Origin: an uncultured delta proteobacterium
GTDB lineage: Bacteria; Desulfobacterota; Binatia; UBA9968
DNA: 64,000 nt
Assembly: GCA_963755715.1 (NCBI GenBank)
Contig: CAVWLW010000032.1
Coordinates: 96,001-160,000 of the forward strand
Direction of reading: 5' to 3'
Shown: positions 9,825 to 20,444 of the stretch, one piece after another
Layout of the letters: each line of letters starts with the position of its first letter
Position numbering within the stretch: position 1 is the stretch's first letter
Position numbers and translations under genes: made by a program
Notes under the pieces: model-generated
Told to the model about the DNA's origin: nothing
Seen by the model: only the letters and a program-made list of their open reading frames with translations
The model's database searches: none

Positions 9825-12038
9825 TTAAGCAGATTGCGATAGGGCCGTTTTTATTCGTTCCGGCGTGAACGGCACATCGCGCAGGCGAACGCCCGTGGCG
9901 TCGAAGATCGCGTTGGCGATCGCCGCTGGAATGGCGCTGGTAGTTGCTTCGCCCGCGCCGACAGCGAGTTGATCCGGGCGGTCAATGAGCTCGACGATAA
10001 CATCGGGGATCTCGGGAAAGCGCAGAATCGGATAAAGCGCCCAATCGAGACTCGTTACCTTCGCTCGATCGAATTTAACTTCTTCTTTTAGCGCTCGACT
10101 GGTCGCTTGGATTACATTGCCTTCGATCTGGTTTCTCAGCCCGTTGGGATTGATAATCAGACCGCAATCATGGGCGATCACGACGCGCTTCACGCGTACT
10201 TCGCCGTTTGCGAGATTGACGTCGACATCGGTCACGGCCGCAACATAAGCTTCGGTTCTGTCGTATTGCACAAAAGCAACGCCGCGCCCGCTTTTCACTC
10301 CCGTTTGTTGTGACGGCTCCCGGTTGGGCCAGCCGGCACGTTTGGCCACCACTTCCAAAACAGCTTTGGCGCGCGCGTCGTTGAGATGGCGCAAGCGAAA
10401 CTCGATGGGGTCAATGCCGGCGGCCGTCGCTAGTTCATCGATAAAAGATTCATTCGCGAAGGTATTTTGCGGTGAGCCGAGTCCGCGCAGCGCCGAAGCG
10501 CGCAGGGGACTAGAACGAAGCCAGTGGACCACCACCCGGTTGTTCTTGAAATTGTACGTGTGATTGGCGTTGCGATCGGCGCCCGACTGGTTGGGCGTGC
10601 CCGATGCGTTGCCGGTGAGCGTGCCGGCAAGCAGACTGCCGGCGCTGCCGTTGGGCCGGCTCGAATGAGTCGGCGTCCAACCCTGGAAGTCCCAGGCGAC
10701 GACGTTGCCTGCTTGATCCAAGCCGCCGCGCACTTCCATGACCATAGCCGGTCCGAGCGGCTCCCAAACGTGCTCGTCCTGACGCATCCACTGCACGCGC
10801 ACGGGTTTACCGACGGCTTGTGAGAGCAGAGCCGCATCCGCGGCGGCGTCATCCGCGCCGTTGTGGCCGTAGCAGCCGGCCGCTTCGATATAAATGACTC
10901 GAACATTGGCCGGAGAAATTCCCAGCAACTGCGCGATCGTCGGGCGCAACTGGTGCGCTCCCTGGGTTGCCGACCAGACGGTCGCCGCACCGCTGGTGAC
11001 TTCGGCGACGGCGCAAGATGGGCCGATGGAAGCGTGCAACTGGTAAGGCCAATGATAAGTCGCCTTGAAAGTCTTGGCCGACCCGCTCAGAGCGGTTTCC
11101 ACATCGCCGGACTCCGCTGCCGCTTTATCATTGGCGGGAATTTTTTTCAGGAGATCGAAAAGCTCGGCGCTGGCCGGCAGGCGCTGCTCGTCTTGCCAAG
11201 TGACTTTCAGCTCGCGCGCCGCCCGTATCGCCTGCTCCTCGCGTTGACACACGACGCCAGCGAAGTTTTCTTTCACGACTATTTTTACCACACCGGGAAT
11301 TGTTTTGAGCGATGCTTCGTCGACACTCGTGAGCTTGGCGCCGACGCTGGCCGGATGGATCACTCGGCCGTGCAGCATTCCCGCTAGACGAAAATTTTGC
11401 AGATAAAGATGTTCGCCAGTGACTTTTGCCGGGATGTCAACACGCGCGATCGACTGACCGACAAACTTGTAGTCACGGGGAATTTTTGCTTTGACCTTGC
11501 CGCTTATCGCGCGGTTAAACGCCGTGCCGTTGAGCAAATCGGCGTAAGTGACTTTTTTCTTTGCATCGTCACCGACGCTGATCACGCCTCGAACGATCCT
11601 CAGCGATTCGACCGGCGCATGCAACTGCGTCGCTGCGAGTGATAATAACGTCGCCTTCGCTTCAGCCGCAGCCTGGCGCAGCTGACTGCCGCCGCGCTTG
11701 ATGGTCTGGCTGCCGAAGGTGGGCGCCTGATCGACGGTGTTAGCCGTGTCGCCCTGGATCCAAGTGATTTTTTCGAAAGGAAAATCGAGCTCGTCGGCGA
11801 CGATTTGACGCAGCGAGGTCGACACACCCGTGCCCAGCTCGACTTTGCCGGTCATCACGGTGATCGTGCCGTCGTTCTGTATGATCAGCCATGAGTCGAG
11901 TTGGTCAGGCGGCAGTGGCCCACCGGAAGTTCGCAATGCTGGCGTGCCTTGGGCTTCGGTATCGAGCGGAAAACCGAATGCGACGACGAGTGCACCGGTA
12001 ACCTTGAGAAATTGTCGGCGGGTGATCTCGAGGTTCAT
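9825..12038 (-). CDS. Xanthine dehydrogenase-family molybdopterin-binding subunit (isoquinoline/nicotinate oxidoreductase beta-like), Tat-exported
   Basis: TRRQFLK Tat motif; GKVELGTG, GCYGHNG, ALRGLG, QIEG and GAGE motifs. Confidence 0.9.
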   Translation of the reverse strand: MNLEITRRQFLKVTGALVVAFGFPLDTEAQGTPALRTSGGPLPPDQLDSWLIIQNDGTITVMTGKVELGTGVSTSLRQIVADELDFPFEKITWIQGDTANTVDQAPTFGSQTIKRGGSQLRQAAAEAKATLLSLAATQLHAPVESLRIVRGVISVGDDAKKKVTYADLLNGTAFNRAISGKVKAKIPRDYKFVGQSIARVDIPAKVTGEHLYLQNFRLAGMLHGRVIHPASVGAKLTSVDEASLKTIPGVVKIVVKENFAGVVCQREEQAIRAARELKVTWQDEQRLPASAELFDLLKKIPANDKAAAESGDVETALSGSAKTFKATYHWPYQLHASIGPSCAVAEVTSGAATVWSATQGAHQLRPTIAQLLGISPANVRVIYIEAAGCYGHNGADDAAADAALLSQAVGKPVRVQWMRQDEHVWEPLGPAMVMEVRGGLDQAGNVVAWDFQGWTPTHSSRPNGSAGSLLAGTLTGNASGTPNQSGADRNANHTYNFKNNRVVVHWLRSSPLRASALRGLGSPQNTFANESFIDELATAAGIDPIEFRLRHLNDARAKAVLEVVAKRAGWPNREPSQQTGVKSGRGVAFVQYDRTEAYVAAVTDVDVNLANGEVRVKRVVIAHDCGLIINPNGLRNQIEGNVIQATSRALKEEVKFDRAKVTSLDWALYPILRFPEIPDVIVELIDRPDQLAVGAGEATTSAIPAAIANAIFDATGVRLRDVPFTPERIKTALSQSA

Positions 12039-12085
12039 ATGATTGTTCGTCACTTTCGGCCGAGTTGATTCCCTCCGGTACCCGG

Positions 12086-13069
12086 TCATCTTCTGGCGCG
12101 CTCGGCAAACGACCAATCGTAGACGACTTGCGGTCTGACGGTGATTTTTTCCTTGGCGCGAAAAGTACCGACGGCGATCCATTCTTCGACGACGGAGTCG
12201 GGCAACGTCAACTCGGGATTATATTGGTCGCGATAGACGGGATAGAATCTTTCCGCCGCGGCGCGGTCGAGCTTGAGCAATTTTTCGAGCAAACCGACGC
12301 CGATTTCGCGCTGGCTCTGTAAAAACAATATGGCCGAGCGTTGGCCGCGCAAAACGCGCACGATCTCATCCGGCTCTTTGTCGATTTTGCGCTGGGTCGT
12401 GCTCAGGCCGACGATGGGTATGCGGACGAATTCCGCCGTCTCCTTGACCGATAAGAGCGTCTTGAAGCCGCGCTGCTCGGCGCGATATTCGAATGGGCTG
12501 TTGACGACAGTCGCATCGACCGAACCGCCGACGAGCGCGGCAAAGCGCGCATCGGGGCTGCCGGCGATCGCTTGCAAGGTGACGTCTTTGTTCGGATCCA
12601 GGCCATTGCGGCTGAGCAGTTGATAAATCGCAAAATCGGCCGAGCTGCCGAAAGTGTTGATCGCGATTCGTTTTCCCTTGAGCGCTTTGACGCTGTCGAT
12701 TTCGGGCCGGGAAATAATCGCGTAACCGCTCGCCTTGGTGGTGACGCCGACGATTTTCACCGGCAAACCGCGCGTCGCCGCGCCGGCGATGAACGGTAAA
12801 ATGGTCACGTAGTCGAGTTCGTTGGCCAGCAGCGCGCTCAGCATCAGATTGGTGCCCTGAAACTGAATGTAGCGGACCCGGAGTCCTTCCTTTTCAAAAA
12901 AGCCACGTTCAGCCGCGATGCGGTCGGGTAGCGCCGTCCAGGCGGAGCCACCGGTCCAACCGATGTTGAGGACTTTGGATTCGGCGGCAAATACCGCTGA
13001 CGTGGCCAAGACGGCTAGGAAGATTGCCGCAACCCTAATGCAGGCGGCATGGCTGAATTTCGCGAGCAT
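12086..13069 (-). CDS. ABC transporter substrate-binding protein (NMT1/SsuA-like)
   Basis: Signal peptide; GFFEKEGL and LKGKRIA motifs. Confidence 0.85.
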   Translation of the reverse strand: MLAKFSHAACIRVAAIFLAVLATSAVFAAESKVLNIGWTGGSAWTALPDRIAAERGFFEKEGLRVRYIQFQGTNLMLSALLANELDYVTILPFIAGAATRGLPVKIVGVTTKASGYAIISRPEIDSVKALKGKRIAINTFGSSADFAIYQLLSRNGLDPNKDVTLQAIAGSPDARFAALVGGSVDATVVNSPFEYRAEQRGFKTLLSVKETAEFVRIPIVGLSTTQRKIDKEPDEIVRVLRGQRSAILFLQSQREIGVGLLEKLLKLDRAAAERFYPVYRDQYNPELTLPDSVVEEWIAVGTFRAKEKITVRPQVVYDWSFAERARR

Positions 13070-13086
13070 GGCGAAGGTGTTTGACT

Positions 13087-13824
13087 TTATCCAGCCGCGG
13101 CTTGCTTCGTGGATACTTCGCCGAGGTGTTGTTTGAAAAAATCCAACGTGCGCGCCCAGGAAGTTGTGTCCGCTTCCGGTCGATAGCCATGCCAGCCGCT
13201 GCGGTTAAAACCGTGCGGCGCGTCGGCATAGTAGAAAAACTCGTGCGCTTTGCCGAGCTTAGTCAGCTCGGCCCCAAGCCGGCGCATTTCGTCCGGCGGT
13301 GGATTTTTGTCGAGCTCGCCAAAGTGGCCTTGAATCGGGCAGGAGACGTTGGCCGCAAGGGTCGCCGGCGCGGGGCGTTCGCCCCATTGTTGATAGGTGC
13401 CGCCGCCGTAAAAATCCACGGCGGCTTTGAATGAGCCGGTTGCCGCGGCGGCAAGGAAGGCAATGCGCCCGCCCATACAAAAGCCGACGATGCCCAGCCT
13501 GGACGTATCGGCGTTGGCGCAGCCTTTGAGAAAATTGACCGTGGCGTTGATATCGTTTAGGACATTGATATCGCGCCGGGTATTTTTGAAGTTGGCGGTT
13601 TCCTCGGGCGTTTTCGGTTCGCCCTCGCGATGGTAAAACTGCGGCGCGATGCCGATATAACCGGCCGCCGCGACGCGCCGGGTCATCTCTTGCGTGAACG
13701 CGGCAACGCCGTCCTGGTTCTGCGCGACGATGATGGCCGGAAATGGACCCGGTCCGTCAGGCTGGCTCAAGTAAAGTCCCATCGGGCTGTGATCGACGGT
13801 CACTGTTTCCCAAGAATTTTTCAT
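13087..13824 (-). CDS. Dienelactone hydrolase family protein
   Basis: GFCMGG nucleophile motif, FYG, D, HGF. Confidence 0.9.
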   Translation of the reverse strand: MKNSWETVTVDHSPMGLYLSQPDGPGPFPAIIVAQNQDGVAAFTQEMTRRVAAAGYIGIAPQFYHREGEPKTPEETANFKNTRRDINVLNDINATVNFLKGCANADTSRLGIVGFCMGGRIAFLAAAATGSFKAAVDFYGGGTYQQWGERPAPATLAANVSCPIQGHFGELDKNPPPDEMRRLGAELTKLGKAHEFFYYADAPHGFNRSGWHGYRPEADTTSWARTLDFFKQHLGEVSTKQAAAG

Positions 13825-13969
13825 AAGCAGTCCTCCGTAAGTACGTCGGTTGGATTGGTCTTTCAATTAGTCCCTCGTTGGATTCGTGTCAATGGCAAAA
13901 GGGGATGAGCGCGCAGTCGATTTTCGACATCGCTTCCTTGGCGCGCGGAACGGTGTTAGATTTGCACGA

Positions 13970-15479
13970 ATGAATTTTTCGAGCCTATATTTTCACTTTT
14001 CGTGGTCGCGCCGAAACCGTCGTCGCGCCCGGCATTTTTTGGCCGCCGGCATCGCCGCCGCCTTTATCTGCGTCATTTTGGCGCCGCGCTATGTTGACGC
14101 CGCCCAAAAGAAAACCGCGAACCGGGACAATGCACCAGCGAAGCCGAGTCAAGCCGCAGAGACCGATCGCTCGGCGAAGTCGCCGCATGAGACAAAATCT
14201 TACGAGATCGCCTTCAAAGAATTCAAACTCACAGAACGGCCTGCGCGTGCTTCTCGCCGAAGACCATAGCGCGCCGACCTATTCCATTTGCGTCACGTAC
14301 AACGTCGGCTCGCGCGATGAGCGGCCCGGTCGAACGGGGTTCGCCCATTTATTCGAGCATATGTTGTTTCAGGGCTCGGCGAACGTCGGCAAGGGCGAGC
14401 ACTTCATTCTGATTCAAAACAACGGCGGCAGCGCCAACGGCACGACCAATATGGACCGCACGAATTATTTCGAGACTCTGCCGGCCAATCAATTGGAGTT
14501 GGGGATTTTTCTCGAGGCCGACCGCATGCGCGCTGCGGCGATCACTCAGGCCAATTTCGATAATCAACGGTTGACCGTGCAGGAAGAGCGGCGCCAAAGC
14601 TACGACAACCGCCCGTACGGAAAAACCTATGAGGCGGTCATCGACCTGGCTTACGACAATTTTGCCTATAAACACTCGACGATCGGCTCTATGGACGATC
14701 TCAACGCCGCGACGATCGAAGACGCCGAGCTTTTTTTTCGCTCCTATTACGCGCCGAACAACGCGGTGGTCGCGCTGGTCGGCGATTTCAAGACCGACGT
14801 CGCGCTCCGTCTGGTCAAAAAATATTTCGAAAACATTGCGCCGCAAAAAACGCCGAAAGCGCCGGACATGACGGAGCCCGAGCAAAAAGGCGAACGGCGT
14901 AAAGTTATCGAGGACAACTTTGCGCGCACGCCGCGCCTCGATATCGTCTATAAAATCCCCCCCGGAAATACGGCCGATTGGTATGCCCTCGATGTTCTGG
15001 GTTACGTGCTTTCGAACGGCGTGTCATCCCGCCTGTATCAAAAGTTTGTCAAAGAAAAAGAGCTGGCGTTGAGGGTCGAGGCCGACGCCAACGAACTGCG
15101 CGGCCCGTCGCTGTTTTGGTTCAGTATTATGGCCCGGCCGACGACCGACCTCGGCGCGTTGGAGACCCTATTGTATGACGAGATTGCGCGGCTGCAAAAG
15201 GAGCCGATCGCGGATTGGGAGCTCGCCAAAGTACAAATGCAGCTGCGCCGCCAGCGTGCGCAACAGACTTACAGCAGTCGCTCGCGCGCCAATTCTCTGG
15301 GCCACTTTGCAGTTTTTTATAACGATCCGGGATTGATCAATTCGATCTGGAGCCGTTACGAGCAAATCACCAAAGCCGATCTCCAAAGGGTCGCGCAGAC
15401 CTATTTTCGTGAAAGCAATCGCACCGTCGTCACGACCCTGCCGAAGTCGGCGGCCGGAGAGAGCGGTAAAATTCAATGA
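13970..15479 (+). CDS. M16 (pitrilysin-family) zinc peptidase, active subunit (frameshift near 14230)
   Basis: HLFEH (HxxEH); signal peptide lies in the 13886-14269 frame and joins at FKL/QNGLRV. Confidence 0.9.
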
Positions 15480-16981
15480 ATGGGCACGGCAAAAGCTGGG
15501 ATATTTGGCTGACGCTCGGCCGCTGCCTGATTGTCGCCGTGACGATCGTCGCGGCGCCGCCATTGCTACCCGGCCAAGAGTCGATCAGCACGCCGCCGAG
15601 CAAGGTCGAACGCAAAAATAAAGCCCCGGTCTCGCGGGAAATTCTGCGTGTTAAACTGCCGAAGCCGGTCGAGGCCAAGCTCAAAAACGGCCTGACCGTG
15701 CTCATTCTTGAAGATCATCGGGCGCCGTTCGTCAATGTGCAGCTGTACATCGGTGGCGCCGGCGCGCTATTCGAGCCTGCCGATATGGCCGGCTTGGCCA
15801 GCACCACGGCGCACATGCTGCGCGAAGGAAGCCAAACACGGACGAGCATCCAGATCGCTGAGGAGATCGATCGCCTCGGCGCGTCGCTCAGCGCCGGCGC
15901 GTCGTTTGGTTCACCGGACGCGGTGTTGAGCGCGTCGGGGCTGAGCGACAACTTCGATCAATGGTTCAGCGTGGCGACAGATGTCTTGTTGCACCCGAGT
16001 TTTCCCGTCGAGGAGCTGGAGAAAATGAAACAGCGTCAGCGGGTGCAGTTGCGCGAACAGCGCTCGGCGCCGGGCTTTCTGCTGGACGAACGGTTTCATC
16101 GTGCCGTCTACGGCGAGCATCCGGCGGCGAACGTCGCGCCTACCTTAGCCTCGCTCGATGCGATCAGCCAAGCGGCGCTGATCCAATGGCACCGTGAGCG
16201 CTATGCGCCGCAGGACGCGATCCTCGGCATCGCCGGCGACGTGCGCGCGAAAAATCTGATTGCTAAGTTGGAAAAACAACTGGCGGGTTGGAAAAAAACC
16301 GAAGTCACAGAGACCTGGCCGCGCAATCCAACCGCCGCCACCGAGCGCAAGGTGTTCTTGGTAGACCGGCCAAATTCAGTGCAAACCACGCTGGCGCTCG
16401 GGAACATCGCCATCGACCGGCTCAATCCGGACTACACGTCGATGGTGGTCATGAATCACGTGATCGGCGGCGGTGCCTCGTCGCGCTTGTTTCTGAATCT
16501 GCGCGAAGAGAAAGGTTACACTTACGGTGTCTACAGCGATTTCAGCGCGCTCAGATATCCGGGGCCCTGGCGCGCCGGCGGCAACCTGCGTACCGAAGTC
16601 ACCCAAGGCGCCCTCACGGAATTTTTTAACGAGATTCGCCGCATCCAAGACGAAAAGGTTCCAGCCGCAGAGCTGGAAGCGAGCAAGCGCTCGATTGTCG
16701 CAAGTTTTGCGCTGTCTCTGGAACAACCAGCGCGCGTGCTCGGCTTTGCCATCGCGATCAAACTCTATGGTCTTCCCGCCGATTATTGGGATGCTTATCC
16801 GGCAAAGATTATGGCGGTGAGCGCTGACGACGTGCAGCGTGTCGCGCGCAAATATTTGAATCCGGATAGCTTGCAAGTTGTCGCCGTCGGCGACGCCGAT
16901 AAAATCAAGCCGATCTTGGAACAGTACGGCAAGGTGGAAGTTTTCGACGCCAACGGCGTACCGCTCGGCGCCAAGCCTTGA
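15476..16981 (+). CDS. M16 peptidase, non-catalytic partner subunit
   Basis: LKNGLTV, SRLFLNLREEKGYTYG; lacks HxxEH; ATGA overlap with the previous gene. Confidence 0.9.
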   Translation: MNGHGKSWDIWLTLGRCLIVAVTIVAAPPLLPGQESISTPPSKVERKNKAPVSREILRVKLPKPVEAKLKNGLTVLILEDHRAPFVNVQLYIGGAGALFEPADMAGLASTTAHMLREGSQTRTSIQIAEEIDRLGASLSAGASFGSPDAVLSASGLSDNFDQWFSVATDVLLHPSFPVEELEKMKQRQRVQLREQRSAPGFLLDERFHRAVYGEHPAANVAPTLASLDAISQAALIQWHRERYAPQDAILGIAGDVRAKNLIAKLEKQLAGWKKTEVTETWPRNPTAATERKVFLVDRPNSVQTTLALGNIAIDRLNPDYTSMVVMNHVIGGGASSRLFLNLREEKGYTYGVYSDFSALRYPGPWRAGGNLRTEVTQGALTEFFNEIRRIQDEKVPAAELEASKRSIVASFALSLEQPARVLGFAIAIKLYGLPADYWDAYPAKIMAVSADDVQRVARKYLNPDSLQVVAVGDADKIKPILEQYGKVEVFDANGVPLGAKP

Positions 16982-17077
16982 GTGCCGCCAGACCGTAGCC
17001 ACACTGCTATCTCTTGTTTCCGATGCCCTTCTGCAAATATACTTCGGGCGCGATCCAATCGAATAACGGAGCCTAAA

Positions 17078-19492
17078 ATGTCGGCTGACGCGTCTGTTTC
17101 TTCTGGAGCATTGACCGGTCTACGAGTCCTCGATCTCACTGGACGAATGGGCGGGTATTGCGGGTTATTGCTTGCCAATCTCGGCGCCGAAGTGATTCTT
17201 GTTGAACCGCCAGGCGGCGACCGGCTGCGCCGCGAAGGACCGTTTAAAGACGACCAGGCCGATCGAGAGCAAAGTTTATCGTTCGCGGCGTATCATACCA
17301 ACAAGCGCGGCGTCGTCTTGAACTTGGAGAATGACGACGATCCAACCACCCTGCGAGAGCTTGCGCGCGGCGCCGACGTGTTGCTTGAAGATAAGCCGGC
17401 AGGTTATCTCGACGGTCGCGGGCTCGGCTATCGAGCGCTTCAATCGATCAATCCCACCCTGGTGTTGACTTCGATCACCGGCTTTGGTCAAGCCGGGCCC
17501 TATCGCGATTTCAAAGCGCCCAATATTGTCGCCTTTGCGATGGGTGGTCTGATGAATCTATGCGGCCACCCGGGCCACGCGCCGCTTATGGGCCCGTGCG
17601 ATGTCGCGTACCATTTGGGCTCGGTGCACGCGGCCTTCGGCACGTTGGTCGCGCTCTTTAACCGGCGCGCCACGGGCCGCGGCGCGCATGTCGATGTATC
17701 GTTGCAAGATGTGCTGGCCGCCGATCCGTTTCTCCGTATCATGACGCGTTACAGCGTCAGCGGCGAAGTGCCGCAGCGCACCGGGCACAGCCAGTCGACC
17801 ACGGTGGCGGAAACCTATCAATGCCGCGACGGCTATGCGCGCATCTTCGTCAATCAGGCCGATCATTGGAAACGTTTTGTTGACTGGCTCGGCCGGCCGC
17901 CGGAGCTGCTCGATCCAAAATTGGAAAACGTGCAGAACCGGTTCCCCTTGCGCCAAATCATCGACCGGCTGGTCGAGGCGCGCACGCTTAATTTCGCAGT
18001 GCAAAAATTTTTCGATGAATTCCAGTCGCTGCGCTTGGCCGCCGCGCCGATTAATCCACCGAGCGCTTTTCTCGCCGACGAACAAACGCGCCACCGCGCA
18101 TTTGTGACTGAGGTCGAACACCCGCAGTTGGGACGGCATGGTTTTCCCGGCGATCCTTATCATTTTTCCGAGAGCCCCTGGCGGGTCGAGCGCGCCGCGC
18201 CGCTGCTCGGCGCAGATCAGGCGCAAATCGGCGCGGCCTGGGCTCGCCCGTCGTCGTGGTTGACGGAGTGCCGCGACGGCGCGTCAGCATCGGCGCCCGG
18301 ACGAACTCTTTTCGAAGGGATTCGCGTGATCAGCTTTCCCACCGGCATCGTTGGCCCGGCGCTCGCCGGGATGCTTGCCGAACATGGCGCCGAAGTCATT
18401 GCCATCGAAGCGAGCCGGTCCGTGCGCAGCCCGCAGCGCGGCCAGAAATTTCAAATCGCCGCCGATCTGGAAAGCAACCGCGACCGCAAGCGTATCGTCG
18501 TCGACATGAAACATCCTGACGGCGTGGCTCTGGTGAAGCGTTTGATCGCCAAATCCGATGTCGTCGTGGAAAATTTCAGCGCCCGAGTGATGGCGAGCTG
18601 GGGCATGGACTATGCGCGCCTGAAAGAGGTCCGGCCCGATATCATCATGGCGAGTCTGCAAGCGTTTGGCCAGACCGGCCCGCGCCGTGAATACGTGAGC
18701 TTTGGGCCGATCCTGATGTCTTATTGCGGCATGGCCTATCTCTGGCGCGATCCGGAAATTGAACGGCCCGGTGCCGCATGTCAAACCGCTTTTCCAGATT
18801 ACGTCGCGCCTTCTTACGGCGCCGTTGCCATTCTCGCCGCGTTGCATTTTCGCGCGCGCACGGGCCAAGGTCAGTACATCGATATTTCCCAGGCGGAAAC
18901 AGCGGCAGCGATGATTGGGCCGGCCTATTTGGAATATCTCGTTAATGGCCGCGAAGCGCAGCCGTGCGGCAATTTTTCTCCGACCGCCGCGCCGCATGGC
19001 TGCTATCGCTGCAAAGGCGCCGATCAATGGTGCGTCATCGCCATTCAGTCCGAGGACGAGTGGATGCGTTTCTGCGACATCGCCGGTCATCGCGAGTGGC
19101 TGACCGATCATCGGTTTTCCGAGCCGGCGGCGCGCGTGGCCTATCGCCAGGAGCTCGATTATTGGATCGGTGAGTGGACGGCAAAATATACGCCGCACCA
19201 GGTGATGATGCTGCTGCAGCGCGAAGGCATCGCCGCGGCAGCGGTGCAAACGGCCGAGGATCTATACCGCGATCCGCACCTGCGCGAGCGCGGCTTCGCG
19301 CGCGAAGTTTTCCATCCGCAAATCGGTTGGGTGACGCGCGCCGGGCCGTCCGTGCGCATGATCGAGCACGGTTTCACGCCGGGCGGCGAGGCGCACGTCG
19401 CCGGCCAGGACAACGAAGCGGTGCTGAGCCAAATCCTCGGCATGTCGCGCGCCGAAATACTTGACCTAAGCGAGCGCCAGGTGCTGCGTTAG
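17078..19492 (+). CDS. Fused two-domain family III CoA transferase (CaiB/BaiF)
   Basis: Two CaiB repeats (LRVLDL...GAEVILVEPP...NKR; IRVISF...GAEVIAIE...NRDRKR). Confidence 0.9.
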   Translation: MSADASVSSGALTGLRVLDLTGRMGGYCGLLLANLGAEVILVEPPGGDRLRREGPFKDDQADREQSLSFAAYHTNKRGVVLNLENDDDPTTLRELARGADVLLEDKPAGYLDGRGLGYRALQSINPTLVLTSITGFGQAGPYRDFKAPNIVAFAMGGLMNLCGHPGHAPLMGPCDVAYHLGSVHAAFGTLVALFNRRATGRGAHVDVSLQDVLAADPFLRIMTRYSVSGEVPQRTGHSQSTTVAETYQCRDGYARIFVNQADHWKRFVDWLGRPPELLDPKLENVQNRFPLRQIIDRLVEARTLNFAVQKFFDEFQSLRLAAAPINPPSAFLADEQTRHRAFVTEVEHPQLGRHGFPGDPYHFSESPWRVERAAPLLGADQAQIGAAWARPSSWLTECRDGASASAPGRTLFEGIRVISFPTGIVGPALAGMLAEHGAEVIAIEASRSVRSPQRGQKFQIAADLESNRDRKRIVVDMKHPDGVALVKRLIAKSDVVVENFSARVMASWGMDYARLKEVRPDIIMASLQAFGQTGPRREYVSFGPILMSYCGMAYLWRDPEIERPGAACQTAFPDYVAPSYGAVAILAALHFRARTGQGQYIDISQAETAAAMIGPAYLEYLVNGREAQPCGNFSPTAAPHGCYRCKGADQWCVIAIQSEDEWMRFCDIAGHREWLTDHRFSEPAARVAYRQELDYWIGEWTAKYTPHQVMMLLQREGIAAAAVQTAEDLYRDPHLRERGFAREVFHPQIGWVTRAGPSVRMIEHGFTPGGEAHVAGQDNEAVLSQILGMSRAEILDLSERQVLR

Positions 19493-19511
19493 ACGGAGAA
19501 AAACCAACTTG

Positions 19512-20162
19512 ATGGCTACGAAGCTGGAACAGCATGCCATACGGAAGCGATCCGGTATCGATCGTGCGATTCGCCAAGCGGAGCGCCAGCTCGCCGACGC
19601 CGATCCGGTCATGAAACGGCTAATCGCCCGACACGGCCGCTGTCCGCTCGCCGAGCGCAACTTCGAGCCGTTTCACATGCTCGCCAACTCGATCATCAGC
19701 CAGCAGCTTTCCACCAGAGCCGCCGCGACCATCAAGCAGCGCGTCGGCGCGCTTGTCGGTGTGCCGTTTCAAACGGATAAAGTTCTTGCCGTGCCGCAGG
19801 AGCTATTACGTAGCGCTGGATTGTCCGCAGCCAAGGCGCGCTACATCCGCGAGCTCGCCGCGCGCGTGTGCGACGGCCGATTGAATTTCATTGAGCTCAT
19901 GGCGTTTGATGACGAGCCGTTGATTGAAAAGCTCATCGAATCGCCCGGCATCGGGCGTTGGACCGCCGAAATGTTTTTGCTCTTCGGTCTCAAGCGCCTC
20001 GACGTGCTCGCCCTTGGCGATGCCGGCTTGCAGCGCGCAGCGCGATTGCTTTACGGTAAAAAACGTAAATCGCTGACTCTGTTGCCGCGTATCGCCGAAG
20101 CATGGCGGCCTTACCGCTCGATTGCGTCCTGGTATTTGTGGCGCTCGTTGGAAAGTAACTAG
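19512..20162 (+). CDS. alkA: DNA-3-methyladenine glycosylase II (HhH-GPD)
   Basis: IISQQLS, PGIGRWTAEM, D, WRPYRSIASWYLW. Confidence 0.9.
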   Translation: MATKLEQHAIRKRSGIDRAIRQAERQLADADPVMKRLIARHGRCPLAERNFEPFHMLANSIISQQLSTRAAATIKQRVGALVGVPFQTDKVLAVPQELLRSAGLSAAKARYIRELAARVCDGRLNFIELMAFDDEPLIEKLIESPGIGRWTAEMFLLFGLKRLDVLALGDAGLQRAARLLYGKKRKSLTLLPRIAEAWRPYRSIASWYLWRSLESN

Positions 20163-20172
20163 GCGCGATTCA

Positions 20173-20422
20173 ATGATTATTCCTTGGTCATGTCATGTTT
20201 GCGCAAAGCAGTTTGACAAGTACGCCGGCGGGATTTGCGCCAAGTGTAAGAAATCGACTTGCCTAAAACATCTAAAACTCGTCGGTTACGTGAAAGATCA
20301 GGGCCCGGCGAGGACCGAGCAGATTACTTGTGTCAATTGCGTTAGAGGCTGGGGAAGTATCGACGCAGTTGAGGAGAAGTTCTTTTTCAAAGATCGCCTG
20401 GGTGCGCCGTCTGGGACTATAA
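20173..20422 (+). CDS. Small Cys/His-rich putative zinc-binding protein (probable frameshift near 20343)
   Basis: CHVC...CAKCKKSTCLKH...CVNC; an alternative frame ends cleanly at TAA 20422, before the convergent gene. Confidence 0.6.
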
Positions 20423-20444
20423 AGCGACTGCCCGCGGCTTTTTG

